Source of the DNA: an uncultured delta proteobacterium | GTDB taxonomy: Bacteria > Desulfobacterota > Binatia > UBA9968 | NCBI GenBank assembly: GCA_963760795.1 | Contig: CAVXEP010000024.1 | Span: 1-35,766, forward strand | Length of the DNA stretch: 35,766 bases | Reading direction: 5' to 3' | Part shown: positions 10,034-20,193 of the stretch, one piece after another | Layout of the letters: each line of letters starts with the position of its first letter | How positions within the stretch are numbered: the first letter of the stretch is position 1 | Translations under genes and position numbers: made by a program | The notes under the pieces: generated by a model | The model's input: only the letters and a program-made list of their open reading frames with translations | Database searches by the model: none | What the model was told of the DNA's origin: nothing

Positions 10034-12322
10034 CTATGCCGGGGTTGGTACTGGCGTCGACTCCACCGTCGTCGTGTAAGAAAACGTCAGCTTGCCGTCT
10101 TGCTCGTCGACTTCGACCTTACCGCCGTTTTGCAATTTGCCGAAAAGGATTTCGTCGGCCAGGACGCGCTTGATTTCGTTCTGAATCAGCCGCGCCATTG
10201 GCCGCGCGCCAAAAGTCGGGTCGTAGCCACGCTCGGCGAACCACTGGCGTGCTCGATTAGTGAGTTCGAGGAAGACCTTGCGTTCGTTCAACTGCTGATC
10301 GAGTTCGATGATGAACTTATCGACCACCCGCTCGATATTTTCCTGGTTCAGCGAGTTGAAGGTGATCATGGCATCGAGCCGGTTGCGAAACTCGGGGGTA
10401 AACATCTTCTCGATCGCTTCTTTGCCCTTGCCGATGTTGGTGCGGTCGCCGAATCCGATCGGCGTGCCGCTCATTTCGCGCGCCCCGGCGTTGGTAGTCA
10501 TGATCAGGACAATGTTGCGGAAGTCCGCCTTCTTGCCGTTGTTGTCGGTCAAGGTCGCGTGATCCATGACCTGGAGCAAGATATTGAATAAATCCGGATG
10601 AGCCTTTTCGATTTCATCGAGCAACAACACCGCATAAGGATTGCGGTTGATCGCGTCCGTCAGCAACCCGCCCTGATCGAAGCCGACGTAGCCCGGCGGT
10701 GCGCCGATCAAACGCGACACGGTGTGTTTTTCCATGTATTCGCTCATGTCAAAGCGAAGAAACTCGATGCCCATGGTTTTAGCCAGCTGTTTGGCCAGCT
10801 CGGTTTTGCCGACGCCAGTCGGACCAGCGAAGAGAAAACAGCCGATCGGTTTCTCCGGATGGCCCAGTCCTGACCGGGAAAGCTTGATCGTGCTCGCCAA
10901 CATGTCGATGGCGGGATCTTGACCGAAGACCACAAGCTTGAGATCACGCTCCAGCGTCTGCAACTGCTCCTTGTCCGACGACGACACGCTGCGCGGCGGT
11001 ATCTTGGCGATCTTGGCGACCATTTTCTCGATATCTTTGGGACCGATGGACTTGCGACGTTTATCTGCCGGTTGAATCTTGACCGCGGCGCCGATCTCGT
11101 CGATCACGTCGATCGCTTTGTCGGGCAGGCATCTGTCATTGATATGCTTGGCGGAAAGTTTTACCGCGGCGCGAATCGCCCCGGCGCTGTAGTGCACGCC
11201 ATGATGCTTCTCGTAGTGCGGTTTTAGCCCTTCAAGAATCTTAATCGCTTCTTCGTGGCTCGGTTCCGGCACTTCGATCTTTTGGAACCGGCGCGCCAAG
11301 GCGCGGTCGCGTTCGAAATAGCTTTTGTAGTCGTGATAAGTGGTCGAGCCGATGCATTTCAATTCACCCGACGCCAAGGCAGGTTTGAGAATATTGGAAG
11401 CATCCATCGAGCCGCCACTGGTCGCTCCGGCACCGACGATGGTGTGGATCTCGTCGATGAATAGGATCGAGTCGGGATGCTTTTTGAGTCCGTTGAGCAC
11501 GCCTTTTAGGCGCGCCTCAAAATCGCCACGAAACTTGGTTCCGGCCAACAAAGCGCCCATGTCGAGGGCATAGATCACCGCGCTCTTGAGCGCGTCGGGA
11601 ACTTCGCCATGATGGATTTTCAGCGCCAACCCTTCGGCGATGGCGGTTTTTCCCACGCCGGGGTCGCCAACATAGATTGGATTGTTCTTGCGCCGCCGGC
11701 ACAGCACATGAATGGTTCTTTCGACCTCGTCGGCGCGGCCGATCAGGGGATCGATATGGCCCCGGCTCGCTTTCTCGACCAGATTGACGGTAAACGCTTC
11801 CAGCGGATTGACCCGTCGCGCCGGACGGTCGCCCTCTTCATGGTCATGTTCCTCGTCATCCCCCTGGGGTGCCGGCTCCTCATCGCCGCCGATCTTCGAC
11901 ACACCATGGGAAACGTAATTGACAAGATCGAAGCGCGTGATGCCTTGCTCTTCCAAGAGGTAAACCGCGTAGGAGTCGGGCTCGCGAAACATGGCGATCA
12001 AGACATTACTGCCGTTGACTTCCTTGCGCTCCGCCGACTGCGCGTGAATGAGCGCGCGTTGCAGCACCCGGTGAAAGCTTAAAGTCTGCTGCGGATCGCG
12101 GTCGATGCCCGCGGGCAGCGTTTCCATCTGCCCATCGAAAAACTCTTCCAGTGACTTGTGGAGTTTTTCGAGATCGCCGCCGCAAGCGAGGATCGTGCTT
12201 TTACCGTCTTTGTCGCGCAGCAGAGCGAACAGCAGGTGCTCCAGGCTGACATATTCATGTCGGCGGGTTTTGGCTTCCTTGAGAGCGCCGTTAAGCGTCG
12301 CTTCGAGATCTTTGCTAATCAT
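10034..12322 (-). CDS. clpA: ATP-dependent Clp protease ATP-binding subunit ClpA
   Basis: Clp N-domain, two AAA modules (GDPGVGKT, GPTGVGKT), IGF loop, no ClpB coiled coil, and adjacency to clpS. Confidence 0.96.
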   Translation of the reverse strand: MISKDLEATLNGALKEAKTRRHEYVSLEHLLFALLRDKDGKSTILACGGDLEKLHKSLEEFFDGQMETLPAGIDRDPQQTLSFHRVLQRALIHAQSAERKEVNGSNVLIAMFREPDSYAVYLLEEQGITRFDLVNYVSHGVSKIGGDEEPAPQGDDEEHDHEEGDRPARRVNPLEAFTVNLVEKASRGHIDPLIGRADEVERTIHVLCRRRKNNPIYVGDPGVGKTAIAEGLALKIHHGEVPDALKSAVIYALDMGALLAGTKFRGDFEARLKGVLNGLKKHPDSILFIDEIHTIVGAGATSGGSMDASNILKPALASGELKCIGSTTYHDYKSYFERDRALARRFQKIEVPEPSHEEAIKILEGLKPHYEKHHGVHYSAGAIRAAVKLSAKHINDRCLPDKAIDVIDEIGAAVKIQPADKRRKSIGPKDIEKMVAKIAKIPPRSVSSSDKEQLQTLERDLKLVVFGQDPAIDMLASTIKLSRSGLGHPEKPIGCFLFAGPTGVGKTELAKQLAKTMGIEFLRFDMSEYMEKHTVSRLIGAPPGYVGFDQGGLLTDAINRNPYAVLLLDEIEKAHPDLFNILLQVMDHATLTDNNGKKADFRNIVLIMTTNAGAREMSGTPIGFGDRTNIGKGKEAIEKMFTPEFRNRLDAMITFNSLNQENIERVVDKFIIELDQQLNERKVFLELTNRARQWFAERGYDPTFGARPMARLIQNEIKRVLADEILFGKLQNGGKVEVDEQDGKLTFSYTTTVESTPVPTPA

Positions 12323-12325
12323 TGT

Positions 12326-12640
12326 TTACGCCTCTTCCAACGTGCACTTCAGTGGATATTCATGCTGGCGCGCCAGGTTTTCGACCAGCGTGACTTTAGT
12401 CTCTGCGATCTCATAAGTATAGACACCGGCGACGCCGATGCCTTTTTTGTGAACGTGGAGCATGATCTGCAACGCTTCAGTCTGCTCCTTGTGAAAGACA
12501 TACTGCAAAACCTGCACGACGAACTCCTTAGTAGTGTAATCGTCGTTATGCAGCAATACTTTATAGAGCGGCGGCCGTTTGACCTTTTTCTTGGTCTCGG
12601 TGACCACCCCATGTTCGGACTCCGGTTCTCTGCGGCTCAT
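12326..12640 (-). CDS. clpS: Clp protease adaptor ClpS
   Basis: Motifs PPLYKVLLHNDDYTTKEFVV, MLHVHKKG, YEIAETKV and YPLKCTLEE. Confidence 0.96.
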   Translation of the reverse strand: MSRREPESEHGVVTETKKKVKRPPLYKVLLHNDDYTTKEFVVQVLQYVFHKEQTEALQIMLHVHKKGIGVAGVYTYEIAETKVTLVENLARQHEYPLKCTLEEA

Positions 12641-12823
12641 GGACTCCTTGGCCTCCCTGAAAGCAAAAGAAATCTAACATGCTGCCAAGCCAGCCCGCAA
12701 TGCTCGCTGGCTCCTAGGCAATAATTCTTGTGCCCGCCCATTGCAAGAGTGATATAGTCGTTTGGGCGATTGTTGAAGTCTCCGGGTGCGCTATAGCGTC
12801 GTCAATAATTCGGGAGGTACTCC

Positions 12824-13684
12824 ATGCTGTCCAACAAAGTCAGCGAGATCATGACCACGGACCTGGTCAAAGCAAAGGTTTCCGCGACGGTCGACAGCGT
12901 GATGGCCACAATGGTCGCCGAGGATGTCGGGCGTCTCATCATCACCGATGACGAGGTGCCGGTGGGGATCTTCACCGAGAAGGATGTGCTCAAGCGCGTC
13001 GTCGGTACCGCCATCGATGCTAAACGAGCCAGTATACGGGAAGTGATGACGGCGCCGGTTCGGGCTGTGCGCGAAGAAACCCACATCGTCGATGCCTTCG
13101 CCAGGATGTATCGCGGCAAATACCGCCACCTGTTGGTACGTGGCCGGCACGGTAAGATCATCGGCATCGTTTCCATGCGCCGCATTCTCAATATCGCCGT
13201 AGAACTGGGCCAGGGAATCAGCGAATCGCGAACCGTGGGCGATATCCCGACCGCGCCGATCGTCAGCGTCGACGAATCCTCAACGGTCCAGACCACGGTG
13301 AATTTGATGAATCAGCAGGGCCTAACCGCGGTAATTGTCACCGCCGCGGGAACGCCCACGGGAATCTTCACCGAGCGCGACGTGCTGAGACGGGTCGCGA
13401 CAATGGATATGGATCGCCAGCACACGCCGGTGAAGCAAGTCATGACCGCGCCGCTGATCGCCATGCCGCGCGCCACCCTAGTGGGCGATGTGCTGGCCGA
13501 AATGTACCGCCGCGACATTCGCAATATGCCGGTGGAGGAGGCGCCGAACCAACTCCTTGGTCTGATCGCCATGCCGGAAATTCTCCAATACGCTCAAGCG
13601 TTTAACATCGATGAGCAGGTGCGCCGGAGTTGGCAGGAAGTCGCCCAGGCCCTCGACACCGACGATCAGTACACCCCCGGCTAG
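12824..13684 (+). CDS. CBS-domain protein (two Bateman modules)
   Basis: Repeated GIFTE(K/R)DVL(K/R)RV and VMTAP motifs; GGAGG RBS. Confidence 0.88.
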   Translation: MLSNKVSEIMTTDLVKAKVSATVDSVMATMVAEDVGRLIITDDEVPVGIFTEKDVLKRVVGTAIDAKRASIREVMTAPVRAVREETHIVDAFARMYRGKYRHLLVRGRHGKIIGIVSMRRILNIAVELGQGISESRTVGDIPTAPIVSVDESSTVQTTVNLMNQQGLTAVIVTAAGTPTGIFTERDVLRRVATMDMDRQHTPVKQVMTAPLIAMPRATLVGDVLAEMYRRDIRNMPVEEAPNQLLGLIAMPEILQYAQAFNIDEQVRRSWQEVAQALDTDDQYTPG

Positions 13685-13761
13685 AAGGCGTAAATCGTTG
13701 TCTTTCAACGCGCTTATGTTAGAATCGAAGAACTGCCAAATAGTCCTAAGGAGGCTGTATT

Positions 13762-15583
13762 TTGGAGACACCGTTAATCAATGATTTAAACATCTGCGTC
13801 GCCACCGAAAATGGTTCCGGTAGCGCGTCGTCGAACAACATTCTGTTCAAGGCGATTTTCAAGATGGGCATACCCTGCTCGTCGAAGAACATGTTCCCGT
13901 CGAACATTCAGGGTCTGCCCACTTGGTACCAGATTCGCGCCAACGGCGATGGCTATATGAGTCGCAAGGATGTCATCGACGTGATGGTGATGTTCAATGA
14001 CACCACGGCAGCGAAAGACATCTATCGCGTGCGCGATGGCGGGGTACTTTTATATGACGACTCGACGCCGCTATCGCCAACTTTAAAGCGCGACGGTGTG
14101 CAATACTTCGGCTTTCCGGCGAACAAGCTCGTGGCCAAGCTGGTCCCGGCTTCGCCGTTGCGCGCCAAGCAGCGCAACATGGTTTATGTCGGCGCCTTGG
14201 CCTATCTATTCGGCATCGATATGTCGGTCATCAAGGCGGTTCTCGAAGATACTTTCGGCAAAAAACCGGCGGTTATCGAGTCGAATCTGGTTTGCATCGA
14301 GGCCGGCTATCAATACTGCAAAGAACAGGGCTACAAACAGAACATCGCTCACCTCGAGCCGATTCCCGACGGTAACAAAGGTAAAATCATCACCGAAGGC
14401 AACACCGCGGCAGCTCTCGGCGCGATTTACGGCGGCGCCTCGGTAATCTGCTGGTATCCAATCACTCCTTCGAGCTCGCTCGCCGAAGCCATGGAGTATT
14501 ACTTGCCGCGCCTGCGCAAGCAGATCGATGGCAAAAAGACTTATGCCATCGTCCAGGCGGAAGACGAAATCGCCTCTGCCGGTATGATCGTCGGCGCCGG
14601 TTGGGCTGGCGCTCGTTCCATGACCTCGACCTCGGGGCCTGGCGTGTCGCTGATGAACGAGTCCATCGGTTTGGCCTACTACGCCGAGATTCCCAGCGTA
14701 TTTTTCATCATTCAGCGTGGCGGACCGTCTACGGGTCTGCCAACGCGAACACAGCAAGCCGATATTTCATTGATGTACGGCGCTTCCCATGGCGACACCC
14801 GCCATATTATTCTGATTCCCCATGACGTGAACTCCTGCTTCGACCTCGCGCGCCAGAGTTTCGATTACGCCGATCGCTTCCAGACTCCGGTCTTCGTCGC
14901 CATGGATCTCGACCTGGGCATGAACATGTGGTCGTCGGAACCGCTCAAGCTGACCCAGGAACCCTACGACATCGGCAAGCGACTGAAGCGCCCAGGACTT
15001 GGATGAGTGGACGAAAGCAGGGAAGAAATTCCGCCGCTATTTCGACCAAGACGGCGATGGCATTCCTTATCGCACCGTGCCGGGTAACGTGAATCGCCTG
15101 GCCTCCTATTTCACCCGCGGTTCGGGCCACGACGCCGACGCCAAGTATTCCGAGGACGAGCATGACTATAAGTACATTCTCGATCGTCTGCGCAAGAAGT
15201 TCGACACCTCCCGCAAGTTTGTTCCCAAGCCAATCATTGAAAAAGAGCGTGGCGTTAAGACCGGCATTATTTGTTACGGCTCGAGCTACGAGCCCGTGCG
15301 CGAAGCCCGCGACCGTTTGAAGGCACGCGGCTTAAAGACCAATCATATGCTGATCCGCGCCTTGCCGCTGACCAGCGAGGTGATGGATTTCTTGGCAGAA
15401 CACGACACGGTCTATCTCGTCGAGCAAAACCGCGACGCCCAGATGGCCGCGATCATGAAAGACGAGAACCCGCTGCTCGGTGCCAAGATCACCAGCATTC
15501 TCGTCTACAACGGTCTCCCCGTCAGCGCCGGCGAAGTCGTCAAGCAGATCTTCGACGCCGCCCAGACAGCTAAAACCGCCTAG
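13762..15583 (+). CDS. korA: 2-oxoacid:ferredoxin oxidoreductase alpha subunit (gamma-alpha fusion), +1 frameshift near 14985
   Basis: Motifs NGSGSASSN, WYPITPSS, QAEDEIAS, TSGPG and QRGGPSTGLPT. Removing one A from CTGAAGCGCC joins ORF 13762..15006 to ORF 14999..15583. Confidence 0.9.
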
Positions 15584-15609
15584 TAAATAAATAATAGAAG
15601 GACACGACA

Positions 15610-16638
15610 ATGGCAGAAGCAAAATTGAATCGCCTAAATCTAACGGAAAAAGATTACGACGGCGCGGCGTCGACCATGTGCAAGGGTTGCGGCCATGACG
15701 CGATTTCCGCGTCGGTGCAGCGCGCCTATTTCGAAAGCAGCATCGACCCGCGCAAGGTGGTCAAACTCAGCGGCATCGGCTGCTCATCGAAAACTCCGGC
15801 CTATTTTTTAAGCCAATCCTTCGGCTTCAACGCCGTGCATGGCCGCATGTCCGCGGTGGCGACCGGCGCTAATTTGGCGAACCATACGCTGCTGCCGATC
15901 GGCGTCTCCGGCGACGGCGATACCTCAGCCATCGGCCTCGGCAATTTCTGCCACATGATGCGGCGCAATGTGAACATCACCTACATCATCGAGAACAACG
16001 GCGTCTATGGCCTGACCAAAGGGCAGTTCTCCGCCACCGCCGATGTCGGTTCGGTGATGAAGGGCGGCAAAGTGAACGATATCCCGGCCATCGATTTGGC
16101 CGAGTTGGCGATCACCCTCGGCGCGACCTACGTCGCCCGCAGTTTTTCCGGCGACCGCAAGCAGCTCACGCCGCTGGTGCAGGGCGCCCTGGCGCATAGA
16201 GGCAGCGCGATCCTCGACGTCATCAGTCCCTGCGTGACGTTTAACAACCACGAGGGATCGACGAAGAGTCTGAAATACGTCAAAGGCCATCTCGATCCGA
16301 TCCACGATTTGGACTTTGTGCCGCCCTATGAAAATATCGAGGCCGACTACGACGAGGGCACGGACCATGAAGTTGCGATGCACGACGGCTCGCGCATTAT
16401 TCTCCATAAACTCAGCAAGCATTACGATCCGACCAGCAAATCCAATGCGATTCAAGCGATCCATGGCGCCATCGCCGAAGGCAAATTTCTCACCGGTTTG
16501 ATCTACTACAATCCCAACCGCAAGGAATTTGCCGAAGAACTTAATCTTTGCGACACGCCGCTGTCGGAGTTAGGACAGGACTTCTTGCAGCCGCCCGCCG
16601 AAGCGTTGGAGCGTATCAACGCCGACATGATGAAGTAG
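15610..16638 (+). CDS. korB: 2-oxoacid:ferredoxin oxidoreductase beta subunit
   Basis: Motifs MCKGCGHD, SGIGCSS, VHGR, TPP motif GDGD...NNGVYGLTKGQ, and SPCVTFN. Confidence 0.93.
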   Translation: MAEAKLNRLNLTEKDYDGAASTMCKGCGHDAISASVQRAYFESSIDPRKVVKLSGIGCSSKTPAYFLSQSFGFNAVHGRMSAVATGANLANHTLLPIGVSGDGDTSAIGLGNFCHMMRRNVNITYIIENNGVYGLTKGQFSATADVGSVMKGGKVNDIPAIDLAELAITLGATYVARSFSGDRKQLTPLVQGALAHRGSAILDVISPCVTFNNHEGSTKSLKYVKGHLDPIHDLDFVPPYENIEADYDEGTDHEVAMHDGSRIILHKLSKHYDPTSKSNAIQAIHGAIAEGKFLTGLIYYNPNRKEFAEELNLCDTPLSELGQDFLQPPAEALERINADMMK

Positions 16639-16659
16639 ACTGAAAAAGTATTGTCAACT

Positions 16660-16695
16660 AAAAAAAGCCCGGTAGATATCCTACCGGGCTTTTTT
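16660..16695. terminator. Bidirectional intrinsic terminator
   Basis: AAAAAAAGCCCGGTAG-ATATC-CTACCGGGCTTTTTT, lying between convergent genes. Confidence 0.9.
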
Positions 16696-16703
16696 ATTGC
16701 CCA

Positions 16704-17378
16704 TTAAATAATGCCGAGCGGAAGTATTACAGCCCGGGCGCTTGTTTGGCGGGCAGATCTGCGCCAAGTGTCGATGATATCACTTGACGAGGCGACCAGG
16801 CCGAAGTGACGGCGCATGTTATCGAGCGTGCCGAGATGTAACTTCGCTTCATAAGCGGCCGAACAGTCGTCGATCATGGTCACGTAATAATCGTACATGT
16901 AGGCGTCCCGCGCGGTGGTTTCGACGCACACGTTGGTGGCCACACCGCAGACTAGAACGCTTTGAATATTGCGCGCTTTGAGCACCGTGTTGAGGTCGGT
17001 GTTGATGAACGCGCTGTAGCGGTGCTTGATCACCACCCGCTCCGATGGCAAAGGCGAAATACCCTCATAGAGTTCCGCACCCCAAGTCCCTTCCCGGCAA
17101 GTGCTGAGCCCGCTCTTTTGCGACGAACGATAGATCCACGACGGCGTATCGGTCCACTCGCTATGGGTGGTGCGAATGTAAACGATCGTCAGCCCGATCC
17201 GCCGCGCCTCGTCAATCAAATGTAACAGATTCGGCACCATCGCCAGCGCCGCGCTGCAATCCTCACCGCGCTTGCCTGCGCTGCCGTCGGGGCTGACGAA
17301 ATCATTCTGCACATCGACGACGATCAACGCCGCGTTCTTCGGATCGCACCGTTCTTTCAAAGTTCGTAACACGTCCAT
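16704..17378 (-). CDS. Cysteine hydrolase / isochorismatase family (RutB-like)
   Basis: Motifs ALIVVDVQNDF, KHRYSAF and GVATNVCVETTARDA (Asp-Lys-Cys triad). Confidence 0.9.
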   Translation of the reverse strand: MDVLRTLKERCDPKNAALIVVDVQNDFVSPDGSAGKRGEDCSAALAMVPNLLHLIDEARRIGLTIVYIRTTHSEWTDTPSWIYRSSQKSGLSTCREGTWGAELYEGISPLPSERVVIKHRYSAFINTDLNTVLKARNIQSVLVCGVATNVCVETTARDAYMYDYYVTMIDDCSAAYEAKLHLGTLDNMRRHFGLVASSSDIIDTWRRSARQTSARAVILPLGII

Positions 17379-17400
17379 ACGACCTCTTCTTTTTGAACTA

Positions 17401-17450
17401 AGAATGGATAAATTGAAATTATCAATTCTCCCTTGTCAATTTTCCATTCT
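17401..17450. repeat. Imperfect inverted repeat with heptamer periodicity
   Basis: AGAATGGATAAATTGA ... TCAATTTTCCATTCT; the right half reads TCAATTC TCCCTTG TCAATTT TCCATTC. Confidence 0.5.
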
Positions 17451-17452
17451 CT

Positions 17453-18447
17453 TCAATGATCATGCTTCTTCGCCAAGCCGCCATGGCCCATCGCCATGAT
17501 ATCGGCGCGCGTGATTTTCTCACCGGCGATCAAGCGCGGCAACAGCGCGTCGAAGGCGGTAAACGGATCGTGCAGCACGCAGCCGGACAATCCCATCACC
17601 GGCGTCTCGCCGAGATAAGCCATCAAGAACATCGAGCCCGGCAACACGGGAAATCCGTGAGTCTCGACTTTCGCGCCGCTGCGGCGAATCCCCTCCGGGG
17701 TCTTATCATCGGGATCCACGGACATGCCGCCACTGACGAGAATCACGTCGGCGCCCGCCTGCTTGGCATTTTTGATATGGCTGGCAATCACGTCTGGATC
17801 GTCTGGTGACAACTCGACTGAATCAACGCTCGAACCCATCTCGCCGACCTTTTTACTGACGATCGGGACCGAATCCGTCTTTGATTCTGCCGGTGAAAAC
17901 TTCGCTGCCGGTCACCACCAAGACGAACATGCCTAGCCGGCATCGGCAATAGTCGGACAATCGGCCTATCCTTACACAGCGCTTCAGCCTGTTGTATCAG
18001 AGATCTCTTTAACTAGTGACGGGAATTGTCCGCGTGCCTGCGACCACCGTGCCTTCTTTAACGAAGCGGTCACCCGGCAATGTCGCCAGCATGAGATCGC
18101 CCAAGGAATTGAAGCGATAGAGTAGATCGACATCGACTTTCAGCAAACCGGATATGGTCGCCACCAAATTAATCCGCCCCTCGCTCGGATCGGTTAGTTT
18201 CAAATTCGTCCCGGCCGCCGCTTTGGCGAGGCGCCGCGCCGCGTCCTCTTCATGAAGCTCGTCTTTTTCCAACTCCATCACGTAAATATTCGCTTTGCCG
18301 ACATCGAGCAATTTCGACACATCTTGCTGGCCGAATAATATGGCCGCGCCGAAACGCCGGCCCTTTATGTTTGCCGGGAATGATTTCGGTAATGTCGTGC
18401 GCCAGCGGCAAACCGACCGCTTCTTCGACGGGGATGACTTTGAGCAT
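17453..18447 (-). CDS. Molybdopterin-binding (MoeA-like/MoCF biosynthesis domain) protein with several frameshifts
   Basis: Fragments MLKVIPVEEAVGLPLAHDITEIIPG, ELHEEDAARRLA, EGRINL, AGTRTIP, VVTGSEVFTGRIKDGFG, SGGMSVDPDDKTP and PVLPGSMF. Indels near 18335, 17950-18010 and 17865. Confidence 0.8.
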
Positions 18448-18510
18448 GTGAATGACTCCTCGCTAGTATCTCTAGTAAATCCGCGGTGATTTTTCCACTA
18501 GGGACTGGCC

Positions 18511-19709
18511 TTGTCCAGACAGCCTGTGCTATTAGCCGGGGCCATGACCCTCGCAGAACTGGTCCGCTACTTTCTCTACCTCGGCGCCTTTGGTTTTGGC
18601 GGTCCGGTGGCGTTGGTCGGATTCATGCACCGCGATTTAGTCGAGAAACGCGGCAGTATCACCGAGGATACCTACAAACTTTCCCTCGCCTTGGCGCAGA
18701 TCATGCCCGGCCCGCTCGCCGCCCAGGTCGCCATCGCCATCGGTTATTTCGAGGCCGGCATCGCCGGCGCGACCTTGGCTGGAATCGCGTTCGTACTGCC
18801 GTCATTTCTAATGGTGGTTGGCATCTCGCTGGTTTACGTCTCCTACGGCGGACTGTGGTGGATGCAAGCGTTGTTCTACGCCATCGGCGCGACGGTCATT
18901 GCGATCATCGCCATAGCCGCGTACAAGCTCGCCCGCAGCACCAACAAGCGCGATCCGCTGCTCTGGGGCATCTTCGTCGCGCTCACCGTGGTGACTCTGT
19001 GGGCTCAGGCCGAGCTGGCGGAATTCTTCATTTTGGCCGGCATTGTAGTTCTTCTAGTGCGCGCCTGGCCGGGGTTGAAGCAAGGAATACTGATGGCGCT
19101 CGGCGGCATAGCGTTGGGTTTACTGATTTGGGTCACTCGAAGCTTGGCTGCGCCAAAGTGGAGCGGCCGCTAGTTCCGGCAACGTGCTCGTGCAAATTCT
19201 TTTGTTCTTCACCAAAGCCGGCGCCTTCGTATTCGGCAGCGGCCTGGCGATCATTCCATTCTTGCAGCAGGGAGTCGTCCAACAGTTCGGCTGGTTGAAC
19301 GATCACCAGTTCCTTGACGCCGTAGCCGTGGCCATGATTACACCCGGTCCGGTTGTCATCACGGTCGCCTTCATCGGTTTTCTCGTTGCCGGCTTGGCGG
19401 GAGCCGTCATGGCATCCATCGGAATCTTTCTGCCCGTCTATTTCTTTACGATCATTCCCGCGCCCTGGTTCAAGCGTCATCGAGACAATCCCGCAACTCA
19501 AGGCCTTTGTTGACGGCGCCACCGCCGCGGCTACCGGCGCCATCACCGGCGCGGTCTTGGTGCTCGGCGCTCGGGCGATTAAAGACGTGCCAACAGCGCT
19601 GATCGCCATCGTCAGTCTGGCGGTCCTCTGGCGCTATAAAATCCCCGAGCCGGTAATTGTTTCAGTCGCCGGAATAGTCGGCCTGATTCTTTACCCAATC
19701 CTTCATTGA
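18511..19709 (+). CDS. chrA: Chromate ion transporter (long-chain CHR family), two +1 frameshifts
   Basis: Motifs GFGGPVALVGFM, AQIMPGP, FVFGSGLAIIPFL and AMITPGP. An extra A near 19155 (CCAAAG) and an extra C near 19490 (AATCCCG) split one two-domain CHR. The start is TTG 18511 or ATG 18544. Confidence 0.88.
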
Positions 19710-19718
19710 GGTGATCGA

Positions 19719-20159
19719 ATGAAATGGGTCACGCGCAAACAGATTCGCGTCAATCGGGTCGCCACCGCCTGGCTGATACGCCGCTTCATCGACCGCCAGG
19801 CCGAATTTATCTTCGTCGAGCCGGCGGACGTTGCCGAAGTACAAAAACGTGAAAAGGCCCAAGGCTTCGATGCCCCCGGCGCGACCTATCCGCATAAAGA
19901 CAGTCAGGGCCGCTGCTCCTTCGAAGCCCTGGTGAGCGAATACTGTTCGAGCGATGCCGTGCTCAAGGAAATGGCGCGCATGGTGCGCGGCGCCGACTTT
20001 GCCGATGAATCTCACTTGACCGAAGAATCGGCGGGAATTCGCACGATCTCCCAAGGCTTTCCGCTGGTCACCAACGACGATCACGAGACCGTCGAAAAAG
20101 CATCTTTTCTCTACGACGCCCTCTACGCGTCGATCAAAGCACAGCAACCGAGCAACTAG
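19719..20159 (+). CDS. Chromate resistance protein, ChrB C-terminal domain only (ChrF-like)
   Basis: MKWVTR..RVNRVATAWLIRRFID, FDAPGA, CSFEAL, VRGAD and YDALY are typical of the Chrome_Resist domain. GAGG RBS; 9 nt after chrA. Confidence 0.85.
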   Translation: MKWVTRKQIRVNRVATAWLIRRFIDRQAEFIFVEPADVAEVQKREKAQGFDAPGATYPHKDSQGRCSFEALVSEYCSSDAVLKEMARMVRGADFADESHLTEESAGIRTISQGFPLVTNDDHETVEKASFLYDALYASIKAQQPSN

Positions 20160-20193
20160 AAGATTCCTAGCCACAGTATCACCGGAGCGGCGA

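Noticed and set aside
14975-15006. Programmed frameshift or natural split of korA
   Set aside because: There is no slippery heptamer, deleting one A restores a normal alpha subunit, and similar indels are scattered across the window.
18511-19709. Pair of short-chain CHR genes
   Set aside because: The second half has no RBS, and removing single homopolymer bases yields one continuous long-chain CHR.
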